A DNA stretch of 64,000 nt from an uncultured Phycisphaerales bacterium (GCA_963844715.1 CAWJPJ010000006.1:448001-512000), one strand, 5' to 3'. Counted from the stretch's first letter, positions 34,676 to 46,116 are shown. Translations and numbers: made by a program. The notes: a model not told the origin generated them from the letters alone.

Positions 34676-36093
34676 CTATTTCGCCGACCACTCCGTATGA
34701 ATCATCTCAGTCGGATTGTCCGACCGCGCATACGTATGAGCCCCAAAGAAATCCCGCTGGGCCTGGATCAAATTCCCCGGCAAGCGAGCGCGCCGATAGG
34801 CATCGTAATAAGCCAACGACGCGCTGAACGCCGAAGTCGAGATGCCGCTTTCCGCGCCGAGCTTCACAATCCGCCGCCAGGCGTCCTGGCGCGGTTGGAT
34901 CGCATCGCGGAAGCGATTGGCCATCAGTAGATTCGCCAGGCCCGGCTCCTCGTGGAACGCGCTTCTTGATCTCTTTGAGGAAAATGGCGCGGATGATGCA
35001 ACCGGCCTCCCAGATTCGGGCCATTTCGTCCAGGCGGATACCGTAGTTGAACGCCTTGTTCGCCGCGGAGAGCAGCGCCATGCCCTGGGCGTAGGAGCAA
35101 ATCTTGCTGCAATAAAGGGCGTCGCGAACGTCGTTGATGAACGCCTTGAGGTCGCCGGCAAATTTCTTGGGAGCCGCCCCCGTGAGGACTTTGGAAGCCG
35201 CGACGCGCTGGTCCTTCAGCATGGAAATCTCGCGCATATCCACGGCCGCCGCCATCGTCGGAACCGGAACCTGCAAATCCAAGGCCGACTTGATCGTCCA
35301 CGTGCCCGTCCCCTTCATTCCGACAATATCCAGAATCTGCTCAACGAGCGGCTGCTTCGGATTCTCCGGATCGGGGAAATTGATCACCTTCTGCGAAATC
35401 TCGATCAGAAAGCTCTGCAGTTCCCCCTGATTCCATTCCCCGAAAACGTCCTGGAGCTGCGCGTTATTCAACCCGCCGACGTTTTTGAGAAGGTCATAAG
35501 CCTCGGCGATCAGTTCCATGTCGCCGTATTCGATTCCATTGTGAACCATCTTGACGAAGTGCCCCGCCCGCGCGCCCGCAGTAGGCTACGCATGGGCCAT
35601 CGTCGCTCTTGGCGGAGATCTTCACCAGAATCGGCTCGATATGCTCATACGCCTCGACGTCGCCGCCAGGCATGATGCTCGGGCCCCACAGCGCGCCTTC
35701 TTCGCCGCCGCTGACGCCCATGCCGAAGAATCGGATCCCCGTCCCCTTGAGTTCGTCGATGCGGCGTTCGGTGTCGGTGAAGAGGGAATTGCCGCCGTCG
35801 ATGATGATGTCTTCGGGCTGAAGGAGGGGTCTGAGGCTGGCGATGACCTGATCCACAGGCTTGCCGGCCTTGACCATGATCAGAATCTTCCGCGGGCGAT
35901 CCAGGAGCTGAACGAATTCCTGATAGGTCGCCCCCATCTTGGCGTTCTTGCCTTTGGCGATGCCATTGATGAATTCGACGCTCTTTTCAGTAGTGCGGTT
36001 AAAGACCGCGATGGGGAAGCCATTTCGCTCGATGTTCAGGGCGATATTCCGACCCATCACTTCCAAACCGATGACGCCAAATGCCTGTCCCAT
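34676..36093 (-). CDS. gndA: NADP-dependent 6-phosphogluconate dehydrogenase (frameshifted)
   Basis: IGLEVMG, MVKAG, VSGGEEGA, KMVHNGIEYGDM, KGTG, QAQRDFFGAHTY. Confidence 0.95.
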
Positions 36094-36200
36094 GGGAAAC
36101 TCCGTTTGTTGTCTCGATTAAATGCCAAAAAAACGGGGAGGCAAACAGGCTGCCTCCGCCGGGGTAATATTGTGGGAAATCCCGCCACTGTTTGCAACGG

Positions 36201-38256
36201 TCATTTTGGCTGCCCGCTGATTAGCGGCGACCCGCCCGGAATCGGCGCGATTCTTGGCTTCGGATTGGCATGGGGGCCGATTCCTAGCACTTCCTGAGCA
36301 TAACACCGCAGGATTTCCGCGACGGAGAGTGCTGACGCCAGCGCCCCGCCGGGGTGTTGCGGCGCGTCCCCGTCGAAAAGCTCGCCGATCTGGCCCATGC
36401 CGTCGCCGTTCATGTGTTCGAGGCAGGGTTGAATCCATTGGCGGATTCGCGCGATGGTCTGGGCGTCGCGTCCGTGAACGCGAGCTTCCGCCGAAGCTAA
36501 GGGGCCGAGTAGCCAGGGATAGACCGTGCCCTGATGCTGGGCACGATCACGCGAGACGACGCTTCCCGAGTAGCGGCCCTGATATGCGGGATCGTTTCGG
36601 CTCAGGGTGCGCAAGCCGACCGGCGTGAGAAGTTCGGTGATGACCGTCCGCACCAGCGCTTCATGGCGCGAGGGATCGAGGATCGCATGTGGCAGGGAAA
36701 CGGCGAAAATCTGGTTGGAGCGGATCGACGCGTCGTTGCCGTTGTCGTTGAGGCAATCGAAGCAGCAATTCGCCTTTTCGTTCCAGAACGACGCGTTGAA
36801 CGATGTCCGGGCTTTTTGTGCCAGAACATCCAACTCCGTGGCAACCGCGCGCTTCTGAAGTCGCTCGGCGATGTTCGCCGCGATCTTCAGTGCATTGAAC
36901 CAGAGGGCGTTAAGTTCGACGGGCTTGCCCATCCGCGGCGTGACGACCCACTGGCCGACCTGCGCATCCATCCACGAAGCGGCGACACCCGGCGAGCGCG
37001 TGCCGAGGAGCCCGGATTGATCAACCTGAATCCCCAGCTTGGTTCCCTGCCGATAGGCCTGCAAAATCGTTTGCACCGCCGGCCAAAGCGCCGCCATCGC
37101 CTCTTGATCGTCCGCAAAGCGCAGGTACTCCCCCACCGCGGCGACGAACAAGAGGGAAATATCCGCCCCGTTATATCGCGGGGGAGCGCCATCCTCGGGC
37201 AATTCCGACGGAATCAACCCATCGCGCATTTGCGACGCCATGGAGAGCAAATATTTACGGCCGTCTTCCAACCGGCCGGGAATCAGAAACAGGCCGGTGA
37301 ATCCAACCAGTCCCGCCCGATTCGCCGGCGGCGACCAGGGATATTGCCCGATCACATGCACCGGCTGCGGCGCATCGGACGGGAGCTTCACGACAAAAGC
37401 GTCGGCCGCCCGGATCAGGGCTTGCAAAGTCTCGTCCCGGTCTTCGCCGGCGGGCGTGCCGCTTGCGGCGGCGCCACGATCCAGCTCTTCAGCCGCGCGA
37501 TTTAGTTCGTCCAAAACCCGATCGACGCGCACCGGTTCGCTTGAGCAGATCAGATGCACGCTTTGTCCCGGCGAGACCGACCAGCGGAACACGCCTGGGT
37601 TCCACAAATCTTCCAAACCGGCATAGCCGCGCTGCTCTTCACCGCGATAGATCGAATTGAGATACCAATACGGCTCGCCGCGGAATTCGCCGTCGTGCGC
37701 GAAGAAGACCTCCGGCGTGCGCACGGTCGCGGGGATCCGGACCTGCCCCTCCTTGCGCACCTCGGCATATAGCCGCCCGTTCCATTGATAGGACAGTTCG
37801 TGAATCCCGCGCATGGCCAGCAGAGGCGCGCGCTTCCAAAGTAATCGGCTTGTCCCCGCCCAGAAGCGTGTACGTCAGGCAGACAACATTTTCACCCCGC
37901 AGCAGGCAGAGCGACTTTTCCAGAGTGAACCCATCCCCCTGATACGCCCAGCGCGGAAACGGATCATTGCTGAACGCCCGGAGGAGGCGGTATCCCTGCG
38001 GGTAGATCGTCCCCGGATATTCATTGCAAGCCAGGGGAAATGCACCGCGCTCGGTGATGACTGTTTCGTCCACGTGCGAAACCAGGACCATGCGCCGCAC
38101 GGGAGGGGTCATGGCCGCGACAAGTAGCCCGTGGTATTTGCGCGTATTCATCGCGCAGAGCGTGGACGCAGCGAACCCGCCCAAGCCGTTGACGGCAAGC
38201 CATTCCCGGCTGATGAGGCCTTCAAAATCCAGAGATGAAATGTCCGGGGGTCTCAT
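36201..38256 (-). CDS. Amylo-alpha-1,6-glucosidase/glycogen debranching enzyme (frameshift near 37830)
   Basis: REWLAVNGLGGFA, TRKYHGLL, SWMDA, PRMGKPVELNALW, IRSNQ, GLRTLS, HQGTVYPWL. Confidence 0.88.
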
Positions 38257-38340
38257 GACTTGTCCTCCGTGATCTCCCCGCCGCGAATCATACACAGGTA
38301 AGCGATAATTGTGAACCCAACCCGCATTAAATAGGATGGG

Positions 38341-38446
38341 GGCATGAAGACATGGTGCCCAGGCACGAAGGCAGGTAGGCACGAAGTGAAAGGCGGCAGC
38401 CCTGCTTTTCCCTTCGTGCCTATGTGCCTCCGTGCCTCCGTGCCTG
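38341..38446. repeat. 8-nt periodic inverted repeat (AGGCACGA)n ... (CCGTGCCT)n
   Basis: aggcacga aggcaggt aggcacga ag ... cttcgtgcct atgtgcct ccgtgcct ccgtgcct. Confidence 0.82.
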
Positions 38447-38453
38447 CACTTTC

Positions 38454-38527
38454 GCACCCGTAGCTCAACCGGACAGAGCATCGGATTTCTAATCCGACGG
38501 TTGCAGGTTCGAGTCCTGCCGGGTGCG
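38454..38527 (+). tRNA. tRNA-Arg(TCT)
   Basis: Acceptor stem gcacccg/cgggtgc; anticodon arm tcgga-tttctaa-tccga; T-loop ggttcgagtcc. Confidence 0.96.
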
Positions 38528-38557
38528 CTAAGAGCGACTCAGTGAAGCCGGATACTG

Positions 38558-38690
38558 CTCCCCCTCTCCTTGTACCCAGGGGGAGGGCGGGGGTGGGGGT
38601 TCTTAGCGATTGCCGATGAATGCCCCTGACCCATCGTGCCGAAACCAGCGGAAGGGAACCGGAGGTGCTCTCCCCGAGCACACGGAGAGG
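38558..38690. repeat. CCCTCTCCC/GGGAGAGGG-type REP doublet, degenerate
   Basis: cccctctccttgtacccagggggagggcgggggtggggg ... cccctgaccc [insert] ctctccccgagcacacggagagg. Confidence 0.65.
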
Positions 38691-38805
38691 CGACAAGAGG
38701 AAGCGGTATCTTGCGGCCGTCGCCGAGAGCACGGCGCATTGGCCCCTTTTCAAATGTCGTGTATCCTGTAGAATACTTAATTCTCACTGTTTTTTAGAGG
38801 ACCGC

Positions 38806-40162
38806 ATGGCAGAAAACGAACCCGCCGTACAGGAACAGCAGGAAATTCCTTACAACATTTCGATCGAGGACGCCGGACCGGCGACCAAGAAGGTCTCGAT
38901 CGAGATTCCAGAGGAACTGATCACCTCCAAGCTCGCCGAGCAATTCCAGGAGCTGCGCCGCGAGGCGGCAGTGCCCGGATTCCGGCCCGGGCACGCCCCG
39001 CAGAAGCTCATCGAGCGCCGCTTCCAGGGGGACGTCCGCCAGCAGGTGGCCCGGACCCTCATCAGTCAGGCTTATGAGCAGGCCGTCCAAAAGCACAATC
39101 TACAGGTCATCGGCGAGCCGGAATTCGACAAGCCGGAAGACCTCAAACTCCCCGAGTCGGGGAAGCTGACCTATTCCTTCCAGGTCGAAGTGCAGCCGGA
39201 CATCACGCTCCCGCCGCTGACCGGGCTTAAGATCAAAAGGGTCAAGGTAGAAGTCCTCGATAAGCACATCGACAAGGCCGTGTTAAATCTGCGCGAGCAG
39301 CAAGGGGTGCTGATCCCGATCGAAGACCGCGGCGTCGAGACCGGCGACCACCTATTCGGCGATATCCATCTTAAGCTCGACGGCAAGGTCATCTGGCATA
39401 GACATGACCTGGAAATCATCGCTCAGCCGGGCGATATCTTCGGAATCCACATCGAGGATTCCGACAAGCAGCTCAAAGGCCTCCGCCCGGGCGAGAAACG
39501 GGAATTCACCGTCCGAGCGCCGGACAACCATTTTGACGAGAACGTTCGCGGCAAGGATGTCGTCGTTGAAGTGAGTCTGAAGGAACTCAAGCGGCTCGAA
39601 CTGGCCGAGGTGAACCAGGACTTTTTGGAAAACCTCGGGTTCAGCTCCGAAAAAGAATTGCGCGACGCATTGAAGGAGCAGATGATCGAGCGCGTGCGCT
39701 ACGACGTGCAGGAATCGATGCGCCAGCAGGTGCACAATTATCTGCTCTCCAACGTCTGGCTGAACCTTCCGACGAAGCTGTCGCAAAGGCAGGCCGAGCG
39801 CGTCGTCCAGCGGCGGCAAGTCGAACTCGATGATGCGCGGCGTCCCGGAAAGCAAAATCCCCGATCAGCTCGAAGCCCTCAAGAGCGGCGCCCAGGACGA
39901 GGCGGCCAAGGAACTCAAGCTTTTCTTCATCATGCAGAAGATCGCCCAGGAACAGGGCGTGGACGTCGCCGAGGGAGAACTGAACGGGCGGATCGCCGTG
40001 ATCGCCGCGCAAACAGGCCGGCGGCCGGAAAAGGTGCGGCAGGAAATGTCCGCCGACGGCTCGCTTCTGAATCTTTACGTCCAGATGCGCGAGCAAAAGG
40101 CCGTCGATAAGATTCTCGAAACCGCACAAATCGAGGAAATCGACCCGCCGCCGGAAACCTAA
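38806..40162 (+). CDS. tig: Trigger factor (frameshift near 39830)
   Basis: VPGFRPGHAP ribosome-binding motif, FQVEVQPDI, FKBP-like middle, REQKAVDKILE. Confidence 0.92.
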
Positions 40163-40170
40163 CGAAACCT

Positions 40171-40267
40171 TTTAGCCACAGATAGAAATCAGATAAACAC
40201 AGATGAAATAAAACGCAAGAGAAAGAATTGCAAATCTGCGTCCATCTGATTTTCATCTGTGGCTAAA
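40171..40267. repeat. 9-10-nt periodic inverted repeat (CAGAT units)
   Basis: tttagccacagatagaaatcagataaacacagat ... atctgcgtccatctgattttcatctgtggctaaa. Confidence 0.85.
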
Positions 40268-40280
40268 CATCCTCTGACCC

Positions 40281-41609
40281 ATGGCCAAAATAAACGCCCC
40301 GCGCGGCACCGCCGACATCCTGCCGAGTGAGAGTTGGAAATGGCAAGCCGTCGAGGCGATCGCCCGGCACGTCGCCCAGATCTATCACTATTCCGAAATC
40401 CGCACGCCGATTTTCGAATCGACGGAATTGTTTCACAGGGGGGTAGGGGAAACCAGCGACGTGGTCCACAAGGAGACGTACACCTTCAAGGATCGCGGGG
40501 ATCGGTCGATGACGCTTCGTCCTGAGGGAACGGCAGGAACGGTCCGAGCGGCTATCGAGCACGGACTGATCGCCCAGGAAGGGTCGCGGGCGAAGGTCTT
40601 CTATATTGGCCCGAACTTTCGCTACGAGCGCCCCGCATCGGGCCGGCTGCGACAGCATCACCAATTTGGCGTCGAGGCATTTGGAATCGCCGCGCCGGAG
40701 CAGGATGTCGAGTGCATCTTGCTTCAACTGGAGTTTTACAAGCGGTGCGGGCTGAAATTGAAGGATCTCAGAATCCGTCTCAACAGTCTGGGCGACAAGG
40801 AAAGCAAACAAAGACTCGCGGAACACATCCGGGAAGCCCTGACTCCCCATAAATCAGCATTGTCCGAGGATTCGCAGCGAAGGCTGGAGGAAAATCCGCT
40901 GCGCATCCTGGACAGCAAGGAGCCCCAGGATCACGAGCTGATCGAATCGGTAAAGCTGTTCACAACGGGATTTCTTTCCCCAAAGAGCCAAGCGTACCAG
41001 GAGCGCGTCATGTCGTTGCTTAACGGCTCTCCCCTGCTCAGAGAAGCGGATACGGCCGCATTTTTCGACAGCAAACTGGTGCGCGGCTTCGACTATTACA
41101 CGGAGACGCTTTGGGAAATCGGCCTTCCCGCTTTGGGGCCGCAAGACGCCCTTGGCGGCGGAGGCAGATACGACAATCTGGTCGAAAACCTCGGCGGCAA
41201 ACCTACGCCAGGAGTGGGTTTCGGGAGCGGCATCGAGCGACTTCTGCTGGCCTTGGAAGCGCAGAAAATTTCCTTGCCCGATCCGCGCCCGGCCTTGGTT
41301 TGGATCGTCTATCACGGGGCTGAAGCCCGAGACTCCGCCGCGAACCTTTTGGCGGAATTGAGAGATGCGGAAATTACCGCCGACATGGATTTATCCGACC
41401 GATCCATGAAAGCCCAGTTCAAAATGGCCGACCGCGAGGCAGCCAAGTGGTGCCTGATCCTGGGCGACGACGAACTGAAATCCGCGCAAGTGACGGTTAA
41501 GAATCTGACCACCGGGGACCAGTCCTCTGTTGCCCGCGGCGAAATAACGGCGAAGATGAAAGAACTCATCCCCTCTCCCCGTGTACTCACGGGGAGAGGG
41601 CCAGGGTGA
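40281..41609 (+). CDS. hisS: Histidine--tRNA ligase
   Basis: PRGTADILP, LRPEGTA, FRYERP, GRLRQHHQ, LVRGFDYYT, GGGGRYD, GSGIERL. Confidence 0.97.
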   Translation: MAKINAPRGTADILPSESWKWQAVEAIARHVAQIYHYSEIRTPIFESTELFHRGVGETSDVVHKETYTFKDRGDRSMTLRPEGTAGTVRAAIEHGLIAQEGSRAKVFYIGPNFRYERPASGRLRQHHQFGVEAFGIAAPEQDVECILLQLEFYKRCGLKLKDLRIRLNSLGDKESKQRLAEHIREALTPHKSALSEDSQRRLEENPLRILDSKEPQDHELIESVKLFTTGFLSPKSQAYQERVMSLLNGSPLLREADTAAFFDSKLVRGFDYYTETLWEIGLPALGPQDALGGGGRYDNLVENLGGKPTPGVGFGSGIERLLLALEAQKISLPDPRPALVWIVYHGAEARDSAANLLAELRDAEITADMDLSDRSMKAQFKMADREAAKWCLILGDDELKSAQVTVKNLTTGDQSSVARGEITAKMKELIPSPRVLTGRGPG

Positions 41610-41681
41610 GGGGCGCATTTCGACCGTCGGAAATCGCCCCTCACCCCAACCCTCTCCCCGTGAGTACACAGGGAGAGGGGG
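41570..41681. repeat. CCCTCACCCC/CCCTCTCCC-type REP doublet overlapping the hisS 3' end
   Basis: cccctctccccgtgtactcacggggagagggccagggtgagggg / cccctcaccccaaccctctccccgtgagtacacagggagagggg. Confidence 0.88.
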
Positions 41682-41700
41682 AAATAATCGCAGGCGACTC

Positions 41701-42328
41701 ATGGAAGAGCGCATTCTCGACTACGGCATCCCGCCGCTCCAGCAGCGGCGATTCTATCGACGATTAGTCCACGGCGCTCTGTTGCTCGGACTCATCGCGG
41801 CTGTCTATTTCATCGGACCGCCGCTTTGGAGTTGGACGCAATACATTTATTGGCAACAGTCCGAACTTCGGTATACCGCTCCGCCAACCCAAGTTGTCGT
41901 CGAATATGACAATGACAACTATTGCGCCGTCCAGGCACACATCGCCAAACCAGAGCAAGAACTCAAGCGGTGGGGTTTTGGCAGCGAGGCCATAGCAACT
42001 ATTTTTGCGCACGAAATGCGCCGACCAGACGGAACTCCAATGATCGTCGTCCTCGGCGTCGCCTGGTGTTGGCGCAGACTCATTTCAGGTTGAGTACTCC
42101 ACCCGGCAATACGATTTCCTCGGAATTAACGCACTCACGATCGGACACCGGGGCGATCAGGGGTTCTCGACGGAAATTTCCGGCAAGCGATTCTCCATCT
42201 TTGCGGGCCAGCCCGACCCCGCTAATCCCTCGCATCTCACCTTCGATTACCTGCAAAACGGCCACCGCCGCACTTGCGACGCCTGGCTGAACAATTCCAA
42301 TCAACTCATCCTCTCAACCCGGCCGTGA
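41701..42328 (+). CDS. Hypothetical membrane-anchored protein (frameshifted)
   Basis: MEERILDYG, one TM, IFAHEMRRPDG; C-terminus FAGQPDPANPSHLTFDY...ILSTRP* in another frame. Confidence 0.6.
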
Positions 42329-42371
42329 TCTTCACCGCAACGTCGCCGGCGCGATTGCCTTTAAACCCTTA

Positions 42372-43397
42372 GAGCATTTCCCAAATTAAACTAGCGGCTG
42401 GCGGTAACCGCAATGGCGGAAAAATCCCGCGGCATCTTCGGTCGTAACGGCGTCCATTGCCGCGAACACAGCCCGGACCAAGGTGTCGAACGTTCTGGGC
42501 TCCGCCGAGCGGATCAGTTGCTTCGCTTTGCTCCACATCATCTCGATCGGATTCAAATCCGGCGAGTAGGGTGGCAGCAACCACAGTTCGCAGCCGGCGG
42601 CTTCGATCAGGCGTCGCACTTCTGAATGTTTGTGCGGCTGCAAATTGTCCATCACCACGATGTCCCCGCTTCGCAGGCTGGGCACGAGCGCTTCACGCAC
42701 CCAGGCGACAAAAACATCGCTGTCCATCGCCCCTTGAACAATCGCGCCGGCGGTCGCGCCGTCGAGCCGAACCGCGGCGATCATGGTGGTCGTGCTCCAG
42801 TGTCCGGCCGGGGTCTTGCACAACAACCGTTCGCCGCGGCCGCACCGGCCACGCAATCGGGTGAAGTTCGTCTTGGCCCCGGATTCATCCACAAAAACAA
42901 GACGCTCGGGATCGACGTCCTTCAGCCGCCGACGCCACTGCGTCCGCGCGGCGGCGACGTCGGGCCGATCCTGCTCGGACGCGTGGAGAGACTTTTTTTA
43001 AAGGAGAGGCCCAGCTTCCTGAGCCAACGGTCGACCGTCGACAGCGACACGTCCAGCGCCAACTTCTCTTTGATCTCGTTGAGCGTGGCATCCGGCCGGG
43101 CGGCCACGAACCGACTCAAACGAGTCTTCAACTCGCCGGTCAACTTCCCCTTGCGGCCACGAAGATGAAGCAGCGGTTCGGCCGTCCCCCGTTCACGTTC
43201 ATCCTGTCGCACGCGGCGGACGGCCGACTCGCATCGGCCGAAGATCGCGGAAATCTCCTTCGTGCCTTTGCCGGCACGATACGCCGACATGATCCATCGA
43301 CGGGTCAGAGCGGTTTGCGATGCCATGGCAACCTCCTTGTTGAATCGGAGATTAGCAAAACAGCATCGATGGCGCTAGTTTAAAATGGGAAATGCTC
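42372..43397 (-). mobile_element. IS630 family insertion sequence, complete
   Basis: IRs GAGCATTTCCCAaaTTAAACTAGCG / CGCTAGTTTAAaaTGGGAAATGCTC (2 mismatches); TA duplication at 42370-42371 and 43398-43399. Confidence 0.94.
42386..43326 (-). CDS. IS630 transposase, probable -1 programmed frameshift
   Basis: HTH OrfA (PDATLNEI), TTTAAAAAAAG slippery site at 42992-43002, OrfB FVDESG...VVMDNL...LPPYSPDLNPIEMMWSK. Confidence 0.93.
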
Positions 43398-43401
43398 TAG
43401 T

Positions 43402-43448
43402 CATTCAGTTATTCGGATTTGATTCGGGTTTCTGGTTTCTGGTTTCGG
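43402..43448. repeat. Single arm of the TTTGATTC heptamer family next to IS630
   Basis: cattc agttattc gga tttgattc gggtttc tggtttc tggtttc. Confidence 0.8.
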
Positions 43449-43499
43449 CCTTAAGCCTAATTTTTCTCCCTCCCCACGGAAACCTTCCGATAAAAGAAT

Positions 43500-45239
43500 G
43501 TGGCTCATCCCAGCATCCAAAGGGCGATCCGTCTTCACGAATCCGGCGATTTGGCCGGCGCGGAGTCGGCGTATCTCGCCTTGCTGAAATCCAGGCCAGA
43601 CGATCCCACGGCCCAGCACTACCTGGGCATGATCCTCCACCAGCGCGGCAAATCCGAAGAGGGGCTGCATCTGGTGCGCCGTTCCTTGGCCGCTGCGGGG
43701 GCCGTGCCTGATTTTCACTGCAACCTCGCCGTCATTCTTCGCGATATGGGGCGGCCTGATGACGCGATTGCCGCCCTCTGCCGCGCCATTCGGCTCAGGC
43801 CCAAATATCCGGAAGCGCTGACCAACCTCGGCGACTGCCTGCGCTTGGTCGGCAAGCTCGACGAGGCGCGGCAGGTTCTGGGGCAATCGATCGAAATCTC
43901 ACCCACGCCCGGGGCCGTCGATAATCTGGCGATGGTTTGCATCGACGAGCAGAAATGGACCGAGGCTCAGGAGCTTTGCAAGCAGAGCCTGGACCTGGAT
44001 GGGCAAAATGTCACGCCGTACAAGAATCTCGGCCGCTGTCTTCGCGGCGGCGGCGATATCGCCGGCTCGATCCAGGCCTGGCAGCAGGCGATTCGAGTCA
44101 AGCCCAATGACGCCGAGGCGTGGTTTGGCCTCGCCGACGCCCAGCGCGCCGCAGGAATTTTATCCACGGCACTGAACTCCTACGAAAAAGCCGATTCGCT
44201 CCGCCCCAACTGGCTTGAGCTTCTGAACAATTATCTGGCGACGTTGATCGATACGGCAAAGATCGATCGCGCGATTGAAGTCGGCCGCCGCGCCGTCCGC
44301 GCTGCTCCGGCTTCCGATGAACTCCGATATAACTTTTCCCTCGCGCTGCTTTCCGCCGGCCAATTTCAGGCCGGCTGGGAATTTTACGAATCGCGGTGGA
44401 AATGCGACGGATATGCGGGGTCGCTGCCGCCGCTGCCGCAGCCCATGTGGGATGGGCGCGATCCGGGCGGCAAGACAATTTTGCTGCGGGCTGAGCAAGG
44501 TTGCGGCGACGCGATTCAATTCGCGCGATATATTCCGCTGCTCGCCAAGAGAGGCGCGAATGTCATCTTGCAATGTCAGGCGGAGTTGACGGATTTGCTC
44601 AGCACCGTACCCGGCATTGGGCGCGTCGTCAGCCGGGACGAGGAACCGGGCGAATTCGATTTCCACCTCCCCCTGCTGTCAACGGCTCTGAGATTCGGAA
44701 CCACCCCGCAGACGATTCCCGCTTCAATCCCGTATCTCTACGCGGACCCAGGCCGGCTCGCCAAATGGTCCGATCGTCTTTCCGACTTGCGCGGATTCAA
44801 GTGCGGATTGGTCTGGGCCGGCAATCCAATCCACCCCAACGACAGGAATCGCTCACTTCCGATCAGTGCATTGGGTGAGCTTTTCAAACTCAGCGGCGTG
44901 GAATTCATCTCTTTACAGAAATCAATCGCCCCGCCGCCGGGAGTTCAAAGTATCGCCGAAGAATTACACGATTTCGCCGACACGGCGGCCGCGCTGTCGC
45001 AGCTCGATCTCCTGATCGCAGCCGACACGTCCGCCGCCCATCTCGCCGGCGCACTAGGAATGCCCGTCTGGACCCTGATCCCCTACGCCCCCGATTGGCG
45101 ATGGATGCACAAATCCGAAACCACGGCGTGGTACCCCAGCATGCGCCTGTTCCGGCAAACCACCCCGGGCGATTGGGCAGGCGTCATTCGCCGCGTCGCC
45201 GCGGAACTCAACGCCCGTACGAACCGAGCCGCCGCGTAA
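43500..45239 (+). CDS. TPR-containing glycosyltransferase (GT9-like C-terminal domain)
   Basis: TPRs, GWEFYESRW, AEQGCGDAIQFARY, GLVWAGNP, DTSAAHLAGALG, DWRW, WYPSMRLFRQ. Confidence 0.88.
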   Translation: MAHPSIQRAIRLHESGDLAGAESAYLALLKSRPDDPTAQHYLGMILHQRGKSEEGLHLVRRSLAAAGAVPDFHCNLAVILRDMGRPDDAIAALCRAIRLRPKYPEALTNLGDCLRLVGKLDEARQVLGQSIEISPTPGAVDNLAMVCIDEQKWTEAQELCKQSLDLDGQNVTPYKNLGRCLRGGGDIAGSIQAWQQAIRVKPNDAEAWFGLADAQRAAGILSTALNSYEKADSLRPNWLELLNNYLATLIDTAKIDRAIEVGRRAVRAAPASDELRYNFSLALLSAGQFQAGWEFYESRWKCDGYAGSLPPLPQPMWDGRDPGGKTILLRAEQGCGDAIQFARYIPLLAKRGANVILQCQAELTDLLSTVPGIGRVVSRDEEPGEFDFHLPLLSTALRFGTTPQTIPASIPYLYADPGRLAKWSDRLSDLRGFKCGLVWAGNPIHPNDRNRSLPISALGELFKLSGVEFISLQKSIAPPPGVQSIAEELHDFADTAAALSQLDLLIAADTSAAHLAGALGMPVWTLIPYAPDWRWMHKSETTAWYPSMRLFRQTTPGDWAGVIRRVAAELNARTNRAAA

Positions 45240-45264
45240 ATTGATTGATCGAAAACCGGCGCAA

Positions 45265-45423
45265 ACCGCGAAGCAGAAAACACATTCATTCGAACCGCGG
45301 ATATCGTGGATGGGCGCGGATAAAATTCAAAATTCCATTATCCGGCGTTGCCTTTTATCCGCGCCCATCCGCGAAATCCGCGGTTAAATCTCCTATCTTC
45401 TCGGCGTTCTTGGCGGTTAAAAA
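45265..45423. repeat. Second copy of the 9-nt periodic CGCGGAT inverted repeat, composite
   Basis: aaccgcggatatcgtggatgggcgcggataaaa ... ttttatccgcgcccatccgcgaaatccgcggtt; preceded by accgcgaagcagaaaa as at 10143. Confidence 0.88.
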
Positions 45424-45438
45424 TCACTGCCGACCTGA

Positions 45439-46116
45439 CTACAACGCCCGCACCAAATCCCGCCGAGCCTCTTTCACTCCCTCTGAGAGTCCCAGTTTCT
45501 CCCGAATCTCCCCCTGCACTGCATCCACAGATTGCGACCCATCCACGCTAACCGTCAATTCCTTCCTCCTGAACAAATCCAATATCGGCCGAGTCTTGCT
45601 GTGATAATCCGCCAGTCGATTCGCCACCGCCTGCGGATTATCATCCGCCCGCGAAGTAAGCTGCCCCCCGCACACATCGCACACCGTAGGATTCGCCGGC
45701 CGATGATAAATCAGGTTGTAATCCAACCCGCATCGCGAGCACAACCGCCGATTCAGCACCCGTTCCTTCACCGTTTCATCCGTCAACTCGATGTGAATGA
45801 CGGCGTCGATGTCGTAGCTTTCCAGAAAGAATTCCGCCTGCCGCCGATTGCGGGGAAATCCCTCGAGAATAAATCCAAAATTCCAGTCATGCTGATCCAG
45901 CCGCTGCGGCACGATCTCCTCGACGATATCATCCGACACCAATTCCCCCGCCGCCGTGATGCGCGAAATCCGCGCCGCCAGTTTCGTATGGCTCTGGATG
46001 TGCCACCGGAAAATATCCCCGACGCAGATATGCACCAGCCCCATCTCCTTGGCCAGCATCTTCGCCTGCGTCCCCTTCCCGCATCCCTGAATCCCCATGA
46101 TCACATATTTGTACAT
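45439..46116 (-). CDS. adk: Adenylate kinase family protein with Cys4 lid
   Basis: GIQGCGKGTQA, GDIFR, GFPRN, RRLCSRC...CDVCGGQL, RADD. Confidence 0.88.
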   Translation of the reverse strand: MYKYVIMGIQGCGKGTQAKMLAKEMGLVHICVGDIFRWHIQSHTKLAARISRITAAGELVSDDIVEEIVPQRLDQHDWNFGFILEGFPRNRRQAEFFLESYDIDAVIHIELTDETVKERVLNRRLCSRCGLDYNLIYHRPANPTVCDVCGGQLTSRADDNPQAVANRLADYHSKTRPILDLFRRKELTVSVDGSQSVDAVQGEIREKLGLSEGVKEARRDLVRAL

